Assembly (NCBI GenBank): GCA_951406725.2
Contig: OX597826.1
Location: forward strand, 39,804,001-39,868,000
Direction of reading: 5' to 3'
Source: Octopus vulgaris
Taxonomy: Eukaryota
DNA: 64,000 bases
Both the position numbers and the translations under genes were made by a program. The notes below the pieces were generated by a model that was not told where the DNA came from, searched no databases, and saw nothing but the letters and a program-made list of their open reading frames with translations. Positions 26,145 through 40,136 of this stretch are shown here, piece after piece. Position 1 is the first letter of the stretch, and each line of letters begins with the position of its first letter.

Positions 26145-26176
26145 TGAATAAGTAATAAGGATGTCCAGATATCAAT
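25163..26176. repeat. ~1-kb nested palindrome
   Basis: Arms 25163-25629 and 25654-26176; each arm holds an inner ~93-bp-arm hairpin and microsatellites of unequal length. Confidence 0.9.
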
Positions 26177-26262
26177 ACAATACGGCCGTTTCGTGCGGTT
26201 CCATTTAATCGATCAATGAAAATTTTACATCAGTTTGAAAGAAACTGCTCTCCTCAGACGTA
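26176..26262 (-). ncRNA. Hammerhead-like motif with large loop 2 insertion
   Basis: tacgt-CTGAGGA-gagc...gcac-GAAAC-ggcc-GTA-ttgta; palindromic stem III ACGGCCGT. Confidence 0.6.
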
Positions 26263-27159
26263 GATGACCATATAGATTTCTAACCTAAGGGATAAACCAT
26301 TTTAAACAAATTTATATCAATTCTAGAAGCCAATACCCTCCTATATATTTGTGTAGCTTCTACAGATTGAAGAGTGGTTTATAATTTCTTTCCATAAAAC
26401 TCACTCTATAACATATTACAATGTTATATTTCTATTTATATTTATAATTACACGTTTTATGAGTTAAACATTTTTCATATATATGTGGTAGTTTTATACA
26501 TTCTTATATCCTTTCATAAGTTTTTCCAAGTGATTGTAAGTAATAGATAATTTTTTTAAAGGCCTTAAAAGCTTTCTCCTGTATATTAAGGTATCTCATT
26601 AATAAGTTTTTAGGTCTAACTTTTATCCTTTTCCTATATATTGATTTAATTTTTTTCTATATTTAATATAATAAAGTTATGAATTACTACATCCCGTATC
26701 CCTCAATTCTAATTCCCAACGTTAGAACTTATATTACTTATCTCTTTTGTTTTTTCATTATATTCCCCTTTTATTTGATAATCTAAATAAATATTAGCCA
26801 CCCCTATCCTACCTTCTTCTAGTTATCACCTCTTTCTCATTACTCATTCTCTTACTGGCAGCTCTGAGACATACCCTTTTATGTAGATAATGATAGATAT
26901 ATGTTTCCAGTAAAATAAGTGTCTGGGAGGTTGTCTGACATTAATTGATTTATAACCATCGAGTAGAACACAGTGTCAACTCCCAATGGATTTGATTCTA
27001 AACGGTTGTAGAGCACATGCTGCATAAAACCTAGATGTAAATAACTATCTCACCACTCCTATATCTTTATCCCCCACTATTTTCTTCTGCAACACTCTAA
27101 ATTAGGATAGGCGTAATAAGACACGCATTTTTTCTAAACTGATTCTGCCACAGATATAA

Positions 27160-27842
27160 CATGAGGAAACCATATAATTATGAGGTCCTTATATGACTCT
27201 TAATCCCCGCCAAAGATTTGCATATTTTTTTGCATAATGGAGTTGTACTGGTTGGTAGAAAGAACCGGTGCCACATTATGAAGTCTTTTGACATGTCTGT
27301 CTTTTTAACCCACCGTCTTAACTGCTCACATTTCCAACGGTTGCTGTGAAAGATAGCTGTAACATAATCTACAAGGGGTTTATTATTGTGGCTTCTTTGA
27401 TAGCTAACCAGACCTGCATGACTAAGCATTTTTTTCCCACAAGTCACACCCGTAAAAGTCCATGCTCCTTCATTTTCTACCGGACCATTTTTTCTGAGAT
27501 TTCTCCTGCTCTTCTCGTGCTTCATTCTCTCTCTTTCAAACTTCGAGCAACCACTGTGCACTCTTCTCTTCCATCCATTTCGGTCTACCAATCATCATCT
27601 GTATTTCCTACTAGTGTCATAGCAGTTTTAAGGTAGTGTTTGAATTTCATTTTCGGTTTATGTGCTGCCCTTTTACGATCTTTCAGCTCACCATACAAAA
27701 GTTGCTTACGGAGTCTTTTATCATTCATGCTCACCAAGTGTCCAGCCCTCCTGAAACGACTTTGCAGAATGATCGATTCTACACTCCAACAACAACTTCT
27801 CTCTATTATCTCCACATCACTGATCGCCGTTCTCACGCACAC
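27160..27842 (-). mobile_element. RTE-clade LINE 3' fragment with C-terminal zinc-finger-like motifs
   Basis: LQSRFRRAGHLVSMNDKRLRKQLLYGEL; CGKKMLSHAGLVSYQRSH; CKKICKSLAGIKSH. Confidence 0.85.
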
Positions 27843-28220
27843 TTATATGAAAACATGCACACACAGCTGATGCTCACTCACACTTACCAAATGCATACGC
27901 ATACGCAACAGATACACTCAGCCAGGCATACACGTACACACGCGCCAACAAGCTGATGTCATCAACGCACACCATGGCTCACGCGCACGCACGTACGCAG
28001 CAGACACATGCGCAAACACTAAAGCGATGCGTACAAACAAATGTATTAGTGTCGCTAACAATTCTCCTTCCACTTCCCTGACGGAGAGGCTTCGCCACTA
28101 TCCTGTCTAGGCATGCGGTCCTTGATATACAGATTGGGATATGCACCTGATGTCGCTACCGTACCAATATCAATGTCAAAATCATCATACGAACAGCTTT
28201 AACAATAGCAGAAACCATCT

Positions 28221-28617
28221 AGCGGCGATCTAGCAGAAACGTTACCACGCCGGGCGAAATGCTTAGCGGTATTTTGTCTGTCGCTACGTTCTGAGTTCAA
28301 ATTCCGCCGAGGTTGACTTTGCCTTTCATCCTTTCGGGGTCGATTAAATAAGTACCAATTACGCACTGGGGCCGATATAATCGACTTAATCCGTTTGTCT
28401 GTCCTTATTTGTCCTCTCTCTGTTTAGCCCCTTGTGGGTAGTAAAGAAATAGGTATTTTGTCTGTCTTTACGTTCTGATTTCAATTTCCACCGAGTTCAG
28501 CTTTGCCTTTCATCTTTCAGTGTCGATAAATTAAGTACCAGTTGCACATTGGGATCGATCTAATCGACTGGCATCCTTCCGCCAAAATTTCGGGCCTTGT
28601 TCCTAGAGAAGAAAAGT
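28221..28617 (+). mobile_element. Dimeric SINE (family D) with 16-bp TSD
   Basis: atagcagaaaccatct at 28205-28220 and 28618-28633. Confidence 0.9.
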
Positions 28618-29209
28618 ATAGCAGAAACCATCTTTAACTTACTCCAATCGGTTCCCTTAGATTGACGAACTAGCTTCGCTCGGCAAACCCACGAAACCTT
28701 AACTTCCATGGAGTCGAATTAGATTGTTATTAAATAATAAATTTGCTGTGTTTTCCAATTTTTTACTTGTCTACTCACATGTTCCAGTGTTTCAAAATTT
28801 CTTGATCTCAATGCACAAGCGGGTAGTAAACAATTTTCAATGGGGACACAACTGCTACTCTTTGAAAACGAAGTCATATTAAACGCGCCTCATCGAAAAA
28901 TCATAATGCGTATTAAGGCGCATGCACTGGAAAGACTTCTTTTTCAAGAATCCGCCCGCAACTACGCCCGTAGACAGTTTTGGCTTTGAATACCGAAAGT
29001 GCCCTCCCAAGATAAATATCTATTAACATCATAAAGAAGCTAATGCTTCGCTCATCATGCTAGTTCTTTCCTTAATTATTTAAAGAATTACATAGAAAAA
29101 TGAAGAGATGCAATATTTCTATTTTCAAAATCAGCGAATATATTTTTCTTGAAATATATATGTTTTCAAAGGCGAATAGGCATCGGCACCTAGCAAGCCA
29201 TTTTACTCC

Positions 29210-29246
29210 AGACTAAGGATGAGCAATGACTCTGAAACTAGTCTCT
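29210..29246 (+). ncRNA. Minimal hammerhead relic (G5A)
   Basis: aga-CTAAGGA-tgag-caatga-ctct-GAAAC-ta-GTC-tct; palindromic ACTAGT stem III. Confidence 0.6.
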
Positions 29247-30469
29247 AGATGCTGGCTTTACTGGGCGTTGCTTATCCCCCCTTTGAAAACATAACGAGAC
29301 ATAGAAAATATGTCATGGCCGACTGGAAACGGTGTTTCCTAGGACTAAAGAGCAGTAGCATTCTTCCTTTTTATGGGACTGTCACATTAAGTTGACAACA
29401 TGCCATCGCTGTATCAAGCTGCTACTGTATAAATCTCTCTCAGAGTCTTTGAAATGTAATATTTCTATTTTCGAAATCAGTGAATGTATTTCACTTGAAA
29501 TATATATGCTTTCGAATGCGAATAGGGCTAAATAGTAGCATTCTTTCTGAAGCGAAAGAGCTTGCCATCCTCCCAGATATAGAGGGCCGCATCTATTCTT
29601 TTTATTTACCAGAGACGTTTTACGTTCTGCGTTCAAAATCCGCCGAGATTGGCTGCTTTTCATCCCTTCGTGGTTGGTAAAATGGGTAGCAATTGATCAC
29701 TAGGGCATTTGTAAGCTACTTACTCCCTTCCCGCAAGCTGCTGACCTTTTGCCAACATTTGAAGCCATCGTGATTATAATACGAAAATGTGTGTTTTATT
29801 AGATTACTTTAGTCATCATAGATTATAAGCCAAACTATCTGATGTCCTTTGATGTTTTATATCATTAAATTTACTGTATACCCGTCGACACATTTATTAC
29901 GGTTATTTCTTATTGCCGATATTAGATGTCACTGTAGTCAAAATGTTTGTACAACAATAAACTTAATTTATTACCAAACTTTTGGAGTGCTGTTAATTGA
30001 TCGTTTATCTTTCCTAATCTGTTTTTTCATTGTTCTTTCGTTTATTATAAACCAAGTCTTGCTATAAATGTACAGTAATTAAAGTTTATCTTGACGCTAT
30101 CTCTCAGTTTATTAACGAATGTTCGTAAGAACTTATATGACACAGATAGTCTGGTTAGTTAGGCGAGTATTTAATTGTTTTCAATAATATATCGTAAACA
30201 TTCTCATTTATCATTTGCAATGCGCAGCTTTCAATGTTTAGTGGGTGTTTTTGATCGCTAAACAATCACATTTAGAGACGAAGTATCAAAATTATTGTTC
30301 AAATATTCACAGAAATTCATTTGAGCACATATTTGGATATTCTTGTTGACATAATCTCCGCTTTTCTAACATGAACTAGCCACGTGAAGTACTGTTGCAT
30401 TTCATGAACATTTCAAGTATTGGTTTCAAGGGGATTATATTTTGTTTCTTATACTTATCCGTTTATTCA

Positions 30470-31300
30470 GTTTTACAGACAACTGGAATTACTTAAGGAA
30501 CGCCTGTATAAATTCTTCAATAGATTCAGCCTCTCCATTACTACAGAGAATGAAAACTACTCCATCAACAACTTAGACATTAACTGTGGTTTAAATACGG
30601 GTTTACACCAAACGTATATGAAACCTAACTCTAGCCTTAAGTGTATAAACTGTCAAAGTATCCATCCACAATCGGCAAAAAGGGCTTCAATTAGAAGCAT
30701 CAGGAAAATAATTTCCTTTCTCTCATATAACGTTGACATATTTCATAGCCATAAGGATAAGTACGATAAGGCACTTATGGAGGCAGGCTATAGAGGTAGA
30801 ATTAAATATATCCCACACGAGCATGTAATAGATAGTAATAACAACGAAAATACCAACCGCAACATTACAGCGCATGACCATACACACAAGCAAGGCAAAC
30901 ATGCACAGGTAGCAAAAGCAATTGACACTAATATGACAAAATTTAGTAACTGCATGAATAATTAGAAAAAGAATAGCAACATACTAGGTAGAACTACAAA
31001 GTCAATATACGCAGGAAAAGTAATATCAGTAAGTACACCACACACGAAAAAACCTCTGGCAAATCGGGAGATAATATCTGGTGTATAATCCCTGTTGCAA
31101 TGCAAATAAGTACGAACTTAGCTAAGCAGTAATTGAGTGTCGTAAATAGACACTTTGATAAGAATAATAGGTATTCTAGTCTTATAAGTGGTAGTACAAT
31201 AAGGTTAGGTTATAGCCTTACACATAATTTAGGGAACATAATATCCTCCCTGAATAATAAAAAAAATTGATACTTTCCACTGAAACGGAAACAAAAATAG
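30470..31300 (+). mobile_element. Penelope-like RT C-terminal/thumb region, decayed
   Basis: NNLDI...YMKPNSSLKCINCQSIHPQ...YDKALMEAGY, then RHFDKNN linker. Confidence 0.8.
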
Positions 31301-31459
31301 TACCGATGGCGGTATTAGTAGAAATAATAATAAACACTACCCTAACCTTTGTACATAATACTCTCAGAACCAAAATAATCACTTTAATCTCAATAAACAT
31401 AATCCTACCCCGCTAGGAAGAACCCCACCCCACCCCAGAATAACCTATGTCACAAACAA

Positions 31460-32545
31460 TTTCAGGTCATCCATAAACAGATGTTGCAATGATAGACCTT
31501 TCTTCCCACATCTGTAAACTATCTAACTTTCCTAAGTGTCATTTTTATGTGTATTGGTGCAATTACAAATAGTAAGGGAGAAAACGAGTCACTTTAGAGG
31601 ATGCTCCTTTTAATATTAACTTCTCCAGGGAATACATTACTTGAGTACAATTTGGTTTTCCACTCTTTCATGATATGCATCAGAAAATTTGTGATGTTCA
31701 CAGCAACACCAAACATCTGCAAGCATTCAACGATACAAGAATGAGGCATCATATCATCATATGACTTCTTAAAGTCAATCCAAGTCATAGACATGTTTGT
31801 ATGATGATTTTTACAATGCCTCAACAATTTTTTATCGATGACCAGATGATCTTTGGTAACCTGAGAACTCTTCCTAAATCCTTTTTTTTCCTTGGTAGTA
31901 TTTCTTCCTGTTTCAGTGAAGTATATGTATTTGTTTCACATATTCCAGTGAGTGAGTGTCTTCGAGATTATGTTTAGGCATGTTATGGGGCTGTAGTTTC
32001 CCACAATATTCCCTTTCTTCTATCTTTCATTATAAGTATTCTGCTCCCAATCACCATCAACACGGGGACTGTACCTTTCTGGACATACTCATTCGATTGC
32101 GCTGCTAGTCTTTCATGCAACGCTAGCATCTCTTCAGCCAAATGTCATGAATCTCATCTGGTCCGGGGGCTGTCCAGGTAAGCACTTTAACCACTTGTTC
32201 TTTCACGTCAACCGTGCTTATGACAATATTCCTTTGTTTCTTTCCTTCTTGTAATTCTCTCTTGATAGTTCCTATCTAAGTTCCATCCTTTTTATGCACC
32301 ACATCGTTTCCCAATAATCCGCTCCAGAACTCCTTGGCTTGATTTACATCAGGAACATTTTACCCATTGTCTCCTAACGTTCGGAAGAATTGTTTCGGGT
32401 TAGTTTTTAACAATCTGTTCTCCTCGAACAGCTTATTTCTGATCACAAATCTTCTGATCTTCTGGCTTTTTGCCATGATTTACTGTTTTAACTGCTCTAT
32501 TACTGAATCAAACGCGTTCTTCCGTATTTTATCTTTCTCTAAGTT
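31460..32545 (-). mobile_element. R4/Dong-like non-LTR retrotransposon RT fragment
   Basis: NMSMTWIDFKKSYD..MPHSCIVECL; GEVNIKRSIL; FSPLLFVI. Confidence 0.8.
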
Positions 32546-32594
32546 TTCTCGTCCACAGCTGTTATCCTAATTCAGCATCAGCAGATAACAGAGC

Positions 32595-33590
32595 AAATGG
32601 ACCAGCGACGAAAACAGGCTAGTGATACAGTGCTATTTGGAAAGTGAACCTAAAAGAAGGGGCTATAGAAATCGGATATTAACACTTTTGGTAGAGAAGG
32701 GCATGTTTAAAACGACTGAGCAGAGATTAGTTGATCAAGGTAATGATATTAGGAGAAGAAAGTGGATGACAAAATTGGAGGTAGAAGAGATCTCAAGAGA
32801 ACTGGAAAAGGAAAACCAAGCAGAGAGAAAGAAAAAGAGTAACATAATAGATACGTTTCAAACTAAAGAAGAACCTAAAGAAAGAATAACAGTAGTGCTA
32901 CCAATAAGGAAGGGACAACTGGCACCAACGACTTAAGCGATTTAATTGAGGAGGATCAGAAGATTTTAGATGATTTGCGGGAAATAATAAGTAAATAAGT
33001 AAAGAAAAGGTTGCCAGCATTAAAAAACATCAACAGAATGAAGCTACAAGAAATGATTTGGAAAGTAGATTCTGTCATCAGGAGGATAGATACTAAAAAT
33101 ATAGAAGACACTAACTTATTGAGTTATGCAGGAGGGGTAGTAGTCAACAGAAGATTAGATATCTCATAGGGAGGTAATAAAACAGAGCAAATGTGGAAAA
33201 GGTGACTACAAAATAAAGAGAAGACTTTAAGACAAGATTTGAGTTGAATAGAAGCCTGGAAACCAAACAAGTCAGGAAATACAAGATGCAAATCTTGCTT
33301 CGAGGAAATATACTTAGTTAAAGAGAAAGGATTTGGGGCAGTAATAGAAGAGCTATACTGTGTATTATAGCAGTAGCAGGCAAGCTCTCAAGGTATCAGA
33401 AAAGAATAGATCAGTATCAAGAGAATAGATTATTTGAGATCGAGGAGATTTTATAACCAAATAAATAGTGGAGAATGAAGTACTGAAGATGAGAAACCTA
33501 ATGCAGAGGCAGCTACAAAGTTTTGGAATAATATTTGGGATAAACCAGTCAATAATAATGGATATGCAGTATGGCTAAAGAAATATTGTG
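32595..33590 (+). mobile_element. R4/Dong-like N-terminal fragment
   Basis: CYLESEPKRRGYRNR...TEQRLVDQ...IRRRKW; KFWNNIW. Confidence 0.75.
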
Positions 33591-33599
33591 TATAAGATT

Positions 33600-34585
33600 G
33601 CTCGCTGCTAACTAGGATATATTTGGCCATAATGCTAGCTATTATAATGAAGTATTTGCTAGCGCTGGTTATAAAGAGAAACAAGTACTTCTCCCTAAAT
33701 ATAATGATAGAAGTTATAATCATACATCATCTGTCAGCAATAAAGTTAATAAAATTCATATTGGGTGCCCTCGGTATAAGTCCAAGCTAACTGTGAATAG
33801 CCCTAAAACCCGTTTCGAGAACAGCACAAAAGTAGAAACAAACATTGAATTGGCAGAATAAGCATTCAGTAGAACGCATGATGACGTTTGGGTGATTTGA
33901 GAAGCGATTAACATAAGTTAGATGCTGATTTGGCTTATGGAGAAACGTGTATTAAGGTCCAGCTTAACGTCTAGGAAGTGTAATATTTTACAGTTTCATC
34001 AAATTTAACCGACAAACCTATATTCTTAAATTGTGCTAGAAATTCCTGCTTTGTTCCAACATAGTCACCATTACTGGAATTACATAAAGTAAGAAAAGTA
34101 ATGTCCCTATAAAGACCATATTCAAGATTATGAAATTCATCTTTAAAACAATATAATAAGTATATATCCACGAAATCAGTGAATTACGCAAAGTCATTAC
34201 ATTCCATGGAGATATCGAAGTTATTTTGCTTATGCTTAATGGTACACGACTTAACATTGAACGTAATAATTGTTTTCATGGTTGCTAGAATAATATCTAA
34301 ATCAGCTTTGCTAAATTAGTTTTCGCCATAGCAAAGATAGCAGCCTTGTTTAGAATTATAGGAGAGATAGAAGTGTTATATTTATCAATAACAAATTGTA
34401 GAAACTTATCTTATTATTAATATTATGAAACTATATAATTATCTGTATAGTGCTAGAACACAAGCTATTGGATATTTTCATTATTTTTAGTTTAGGAATT
34501 ATTCCATCTATAATACGTTTTCTTTTCTTACCAATACCTGACTTAGTTGGGCAGATTAATCTCTTTGTAAGAGAGGTTCTGTTTG
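33600..34585 (-). mobile_element. Penelope-like RT core, decayed
   Basis: RLICPTKSGIGK; EYGLYRD (YRDD-like). Confidence 0.75.
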
Positions 34586-34604
34586 TCAACGGGTTATATG
34601 TACC

Positions 34605-34725
34605 ACATTCACTCACAAGGCTCTGGTCGGCTGGGCACTATAGTAGAAGACACTTGCCCAAGCTGCAACTGAGTCCGGAACGATGTCATTGGGGAGCAAA
34701 CTTCATGCCACAGAGTCAGGTATAG
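34605..34725 (-). mobile_element. SINE family A 5' fragment
   Basis: ctatagtagaagacacttgcccaag matches family A in reverse complement. Confidence 0.7.
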
Positions 34726-34727
34726 GC

Positions 34728-34771
<44 letters not shown>

Positions 34772-36408
34772 ATGTATGAATATATGTATCTATTCATATG
34801 ATCTGAATTATCTTGAATCGTTACTCTGATTTTCAATAGCCTATTATTCAAACAATTAATCAAAGAGACATGACATGATAATAAATGTTTTGCAAACAAC
34901 TTGAGCATGCAAGTGCTACAAGCCGAATGCTCCGCATACCGGAAGCTATCATTGCGCACCGGTCCATCAACGGCATCATTGCGCACCGGTCGCCTCACTG
35001 GTATGAGGCCCTGCATGCTAGATCAACTGGTTATTAAATAAAGCTCAATATTCTTCTAGCCATCGCTCATCGTCGCGTTTTGACTAAATCCAGTCGTTAG
35101 CCTTTTCCACTGTAGTTTGGATATCGGTCATGGAAGCATTTACTTTACGATGAGTTTGGCCTAACGATAGCAACAGTAACTTCACACTGTCCAAGAAATC
35201 CTCTACAGAATATATATATATATATATATATATACATAGTATATCAATAAAGGTTATCGATGACACATATATGGTGTTTGCATTTTGTTTATACGTCCAT
35301 TTGCAGCGGGATAGCACCTTTGGAAACGTCCCTTTACAGCGCCAAGTATTTGAACATTGAATGCCTCAGATGTGGCGAAGCAACTCAACCCGAACGAAGG
35401 TGAACGAAGAAAGTGGATAGCGATATTTCGCTCTCGTTTTAGCACCTCGGTTATATATGTTCAACTCACCTGGAAACGCATAGTGTCGCCGGTCAGAGAC
35501 ATATATGCGAATAGTTTAAAGTTTATTTGCTGATGTGATGGGGCGTAGCATATGTCAAAGAAAAATTTCAAATTAAAAGCAACTTTAATGATGCAAACCT
35601 TATTCATGACTCATCCATAATGCGTTTATAAGCTCTTAAGCTGCGACACATCCAAATATTAGTCACATAATAGTGTATAGGTGAATTTTTAGATTTAACT
35701 GTAGATAAGAATATACGCTATAAAAAGATTTGTTATTGGATATTGGATATGGAGATAATATATACGTACATAGATACTCGCATCTGTATTAGTCTTTGTA
35801 CGTATGTCTAATGACAATTTGACTACATATGGCAGAAGAAACGGTGTGAAATAATCTAGTAATAAAACTAAAACCTATAGCCTTTAGGCGAATAGTTCAC
35901 TTAATCAATTTTGAACGTGTCATTTCTCCAAGTTATTAGATGAGATTAAGCAGATTATTTCAATAGCACCAACTCATTAAGAAAATACGTTAATTAGAAA
36001 CACAACCTACCCAGCAAAGAATTTGTTACACCTGATTCGACATCAAGGGAAAATTTCTTTCGAATCACCATAATAATATGTTCAGTGTTATCCTCGTTAG
36101 AAAACATTTTAAATGTTCACTCAATTAGTTATCATCACCAAAATTCCGATTTATCGCTATGAGATAATTTTTATTTAGAAATTGAATGATTTAAAATATC
36201 ACAATCTAATATATTGAATTGTAACGTAGAAAGATCGATCATATGACATGTAGATTTGTGTAGAAAATGTTGGTGACTATGACATCTGTGCTTCACTACA
36301 TTCAGTTTAAAAACTGCTATTTAGTACAAAGTGTTGCAAATGAAAGAACATACATACTCATGTATATACCTTTGTATGTACACACAGACGCACACATACG
36401 TATACACA

Positions 36409-37697
<1,289 letters not shown>

Positions 37698-37700
<3 letters not shown>

Positions 37701-38400
37701 ACAGCTTCTGTTCTGGAGTTAAGGTAGCCACCTGGCTCATGTGAGTTCATGATAATTATAAATCTTTCTACCAAACACAATTTACACAGTCTTGTTCCAT
37801 TACGATAAGACCCGCAAGGTTCCAATAATTTCCACCTGATGTTAAAGGCCGTATGATCGTCCTTTAGGTGCCTTACGTATGCTGCAAGTGTTGTTGTATT
37901 GTGTCTCTCCGGGACCCTGAAAGAATATCTGTGGTTGTTCAGGCGAATTTTAAATCTAGATTCACAAAATCAGACATAAATTTTAGTTTGTGTCCCAGTG
38001 TTGGCATTGCTATTATTGCTATTGTGCTGCTTCTGTTTGAGGCTACCTTTACTTGGTACACTGTAGCCTCGGTGTTACCTCGGCCGTCCACTGGGCATTC
38101 ATTTCTAATCCTGCATGAACAATCTGCCACTATCCGTGGCTTAGGAGTGCTAAGTAATTTATTCTGAATATTAGGTGCACAACTGAAAGATATTCTTAAG
38201 TTATGCCTGTTAAAGATCTTTCTATATTTGTGTTATCGCGTGAAATGCCTATCAACCAGCCTAAGAAAAATCTTATCTATGCATGTACGGACGTTTAGGG
38301 AGAAGGTGGGGAGCGAGCCATAAGGTTGCAGTGGTGTTTCCTTTTATAGTTACTTAATCCAGGTACACTTTCACTATTTCTTTATAAATCATAAGGTGAG
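37698..38400 (-). mobile_element. Penelope-like linker plus GIY-YIG endonuclease
   Basis: CSCRIRNECPVDG..TVYQVKV; FKIRLNNHRYSF; RWKLL..CKLCLVE..YLNSRTE; truncated at (TA)n. Confidence 0.88.
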
Positions 38401-38499
38401 ATGTATTTCGTAACTCCATCAGTGCCTCAAAGCTGTATATCAAAGTGAACTACTTCCGAGTATATATATATATATATATATATGTATATAGCCACTACT

Positions 38500-38895
38500 G
38501 CACTTCCTTTATCCGCTTCTTCGTTATTTCTTCATTGTTTTGTAGTTCACTTAGTTCCTTCCATTGGGTAGTGCTGACATTTGAAGTAATTTTGTGTTTG
38601 TGCAGGGCGTGGTTAGGGAAATTTTCGATGTGGTAACAAAATTCATCGAGATTTTTTATATTTCTGTTTTTGTGGGGTATGTGTTCACTTCTGTTTTTGA
38701 CTAGTAAATCATATTCGCTTTTATGATCAGCCAGTGCTTCTGTAAGCCTTAATTTCCTACAGAATTCTGAAACACTGCCCTTGATCTCATTTTGGCTAGC
38801 TCTGCATGGTGTGGGGGTAAATCTTAGCCCTGTAAATAGGATACCGATCTTTGTGGATGAGAGGGGTTTACATGAGAGGTTAATTACCTTCGGTT
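38500..38895 (-). mobile_element. PLE (Neptune-like) N-terminal fragment
   Basis: INLSCKPLSSTKIGILFTGLRFTPTP...EFCRKLRLTE. Confidence 0.65.
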
Positions 38896-38914
38896 TCTCT
38901 TGTGTATGAATTTC

Positions 38915-38963
<49 letters not shown>

Positions 38964-39024
38964 CGAGTGAGAAAACAGAGAGTCGTAATGGATACAAATT
39001 AATTTATTAATTACTTAACACATC

Positions 39025-39060
39025 CACCTACAATTGTTTCATTGGGAAATCATCAGGGTG
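39025..39060 (-). ncRNA. Minimal type I hammerhead with canonical core
   Basis: cacc-CTGATGA-tttcccaat-GAAAC-aatt-GTA-ggtg, inside a ~175-bp TA-flanked element (38961-39135). Confidence 0.8.
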
Positions 39061-39152
39061 TAGAAAGGACAATACAAGGATTACATTATGATCAGTTTGG
39101 AATACTCAGAATACATAGTCATGTTTGTTTAGTTATATATATATATGTATAT

Positions 39153-39205
<53 letters not shown>

Positions 39206-39529
39206 ATATCAATTAATAGTAGGAGATGGATTTCATATTAGAATTGATGGACATATAACAACAAGCGAACCGACATAAAAAGTCTCTAATGAGTCTTCTT
39301 TAAGAGACCCAGACTGATAGGTTGAAACATAGTTGTACAGAATAAATGTCTAATACAAAATTCATTTCCAACTATTAATTAATACTATTATCCTAACTGC
39401 CACTGCGGAGTTCCAACGGAAGTGTACCACAACTGAAAATGACAAGAGGTAGTCTAAACTGTGCTGCTGCTCTACTCAACACTTAAACAACATTTAAACT
39501 AATCGAATTATAAGTACTTGTCCAAATTG

Positions 39530-39570
<41 letters not shown>

Positions 39571-39573
<3 letters not shown>

Positions 39574-39990
39574 CGCAGGCATGGCTATGTGGTAACTTGT
39601 TTAACCAACCACATGGTTCCATGTTCAGACCCACTGTGTGGCTCCTTCGGCAAGTGTCTTCTACTATATCTTTAGGCCGATCAAGGCCTTGTGTGGGGAT
39701 TTGGTAGACGGAAACTGAAAGAAGCCCGTCGTATATATCTATATATATATGTGTGTGTGTTCGTGTGTGCATATATGTATATGCGTGTGTCTATGTCTGT
39801 GTTTGTCACCCCACCATCTCTTGACAACCGATGTTGGTGTGTTTACGTCTCCGTAACCGCGCGGTTCGGCAAAAGAGACCGATAGAGTAAGTACTAGGCT
39901 TACAAAGAATAAGTCCTAAGATCGATTTGTTCGACTGAAGGCGGTGCTCCAGCATGGCCGCAGTTAAATTGACTGAAATAAATAAAAGAC
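39571..39990 (+). mobile_element. SINE family A
   Basis: Full-length similarity to 60493-60930. Confidence 0.88.
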
Positions 39991-40092
39991 AAAATATATG
40001 TATATACATATGCATCTCTCTTTCTTTCTCTCTCTCTCTCTCCCTCTCTCTCTCTGTATATATATATATATTGAAAGAGTTTGAAAGCTGGA

Positions 40093-40136
<44 letters not shown>

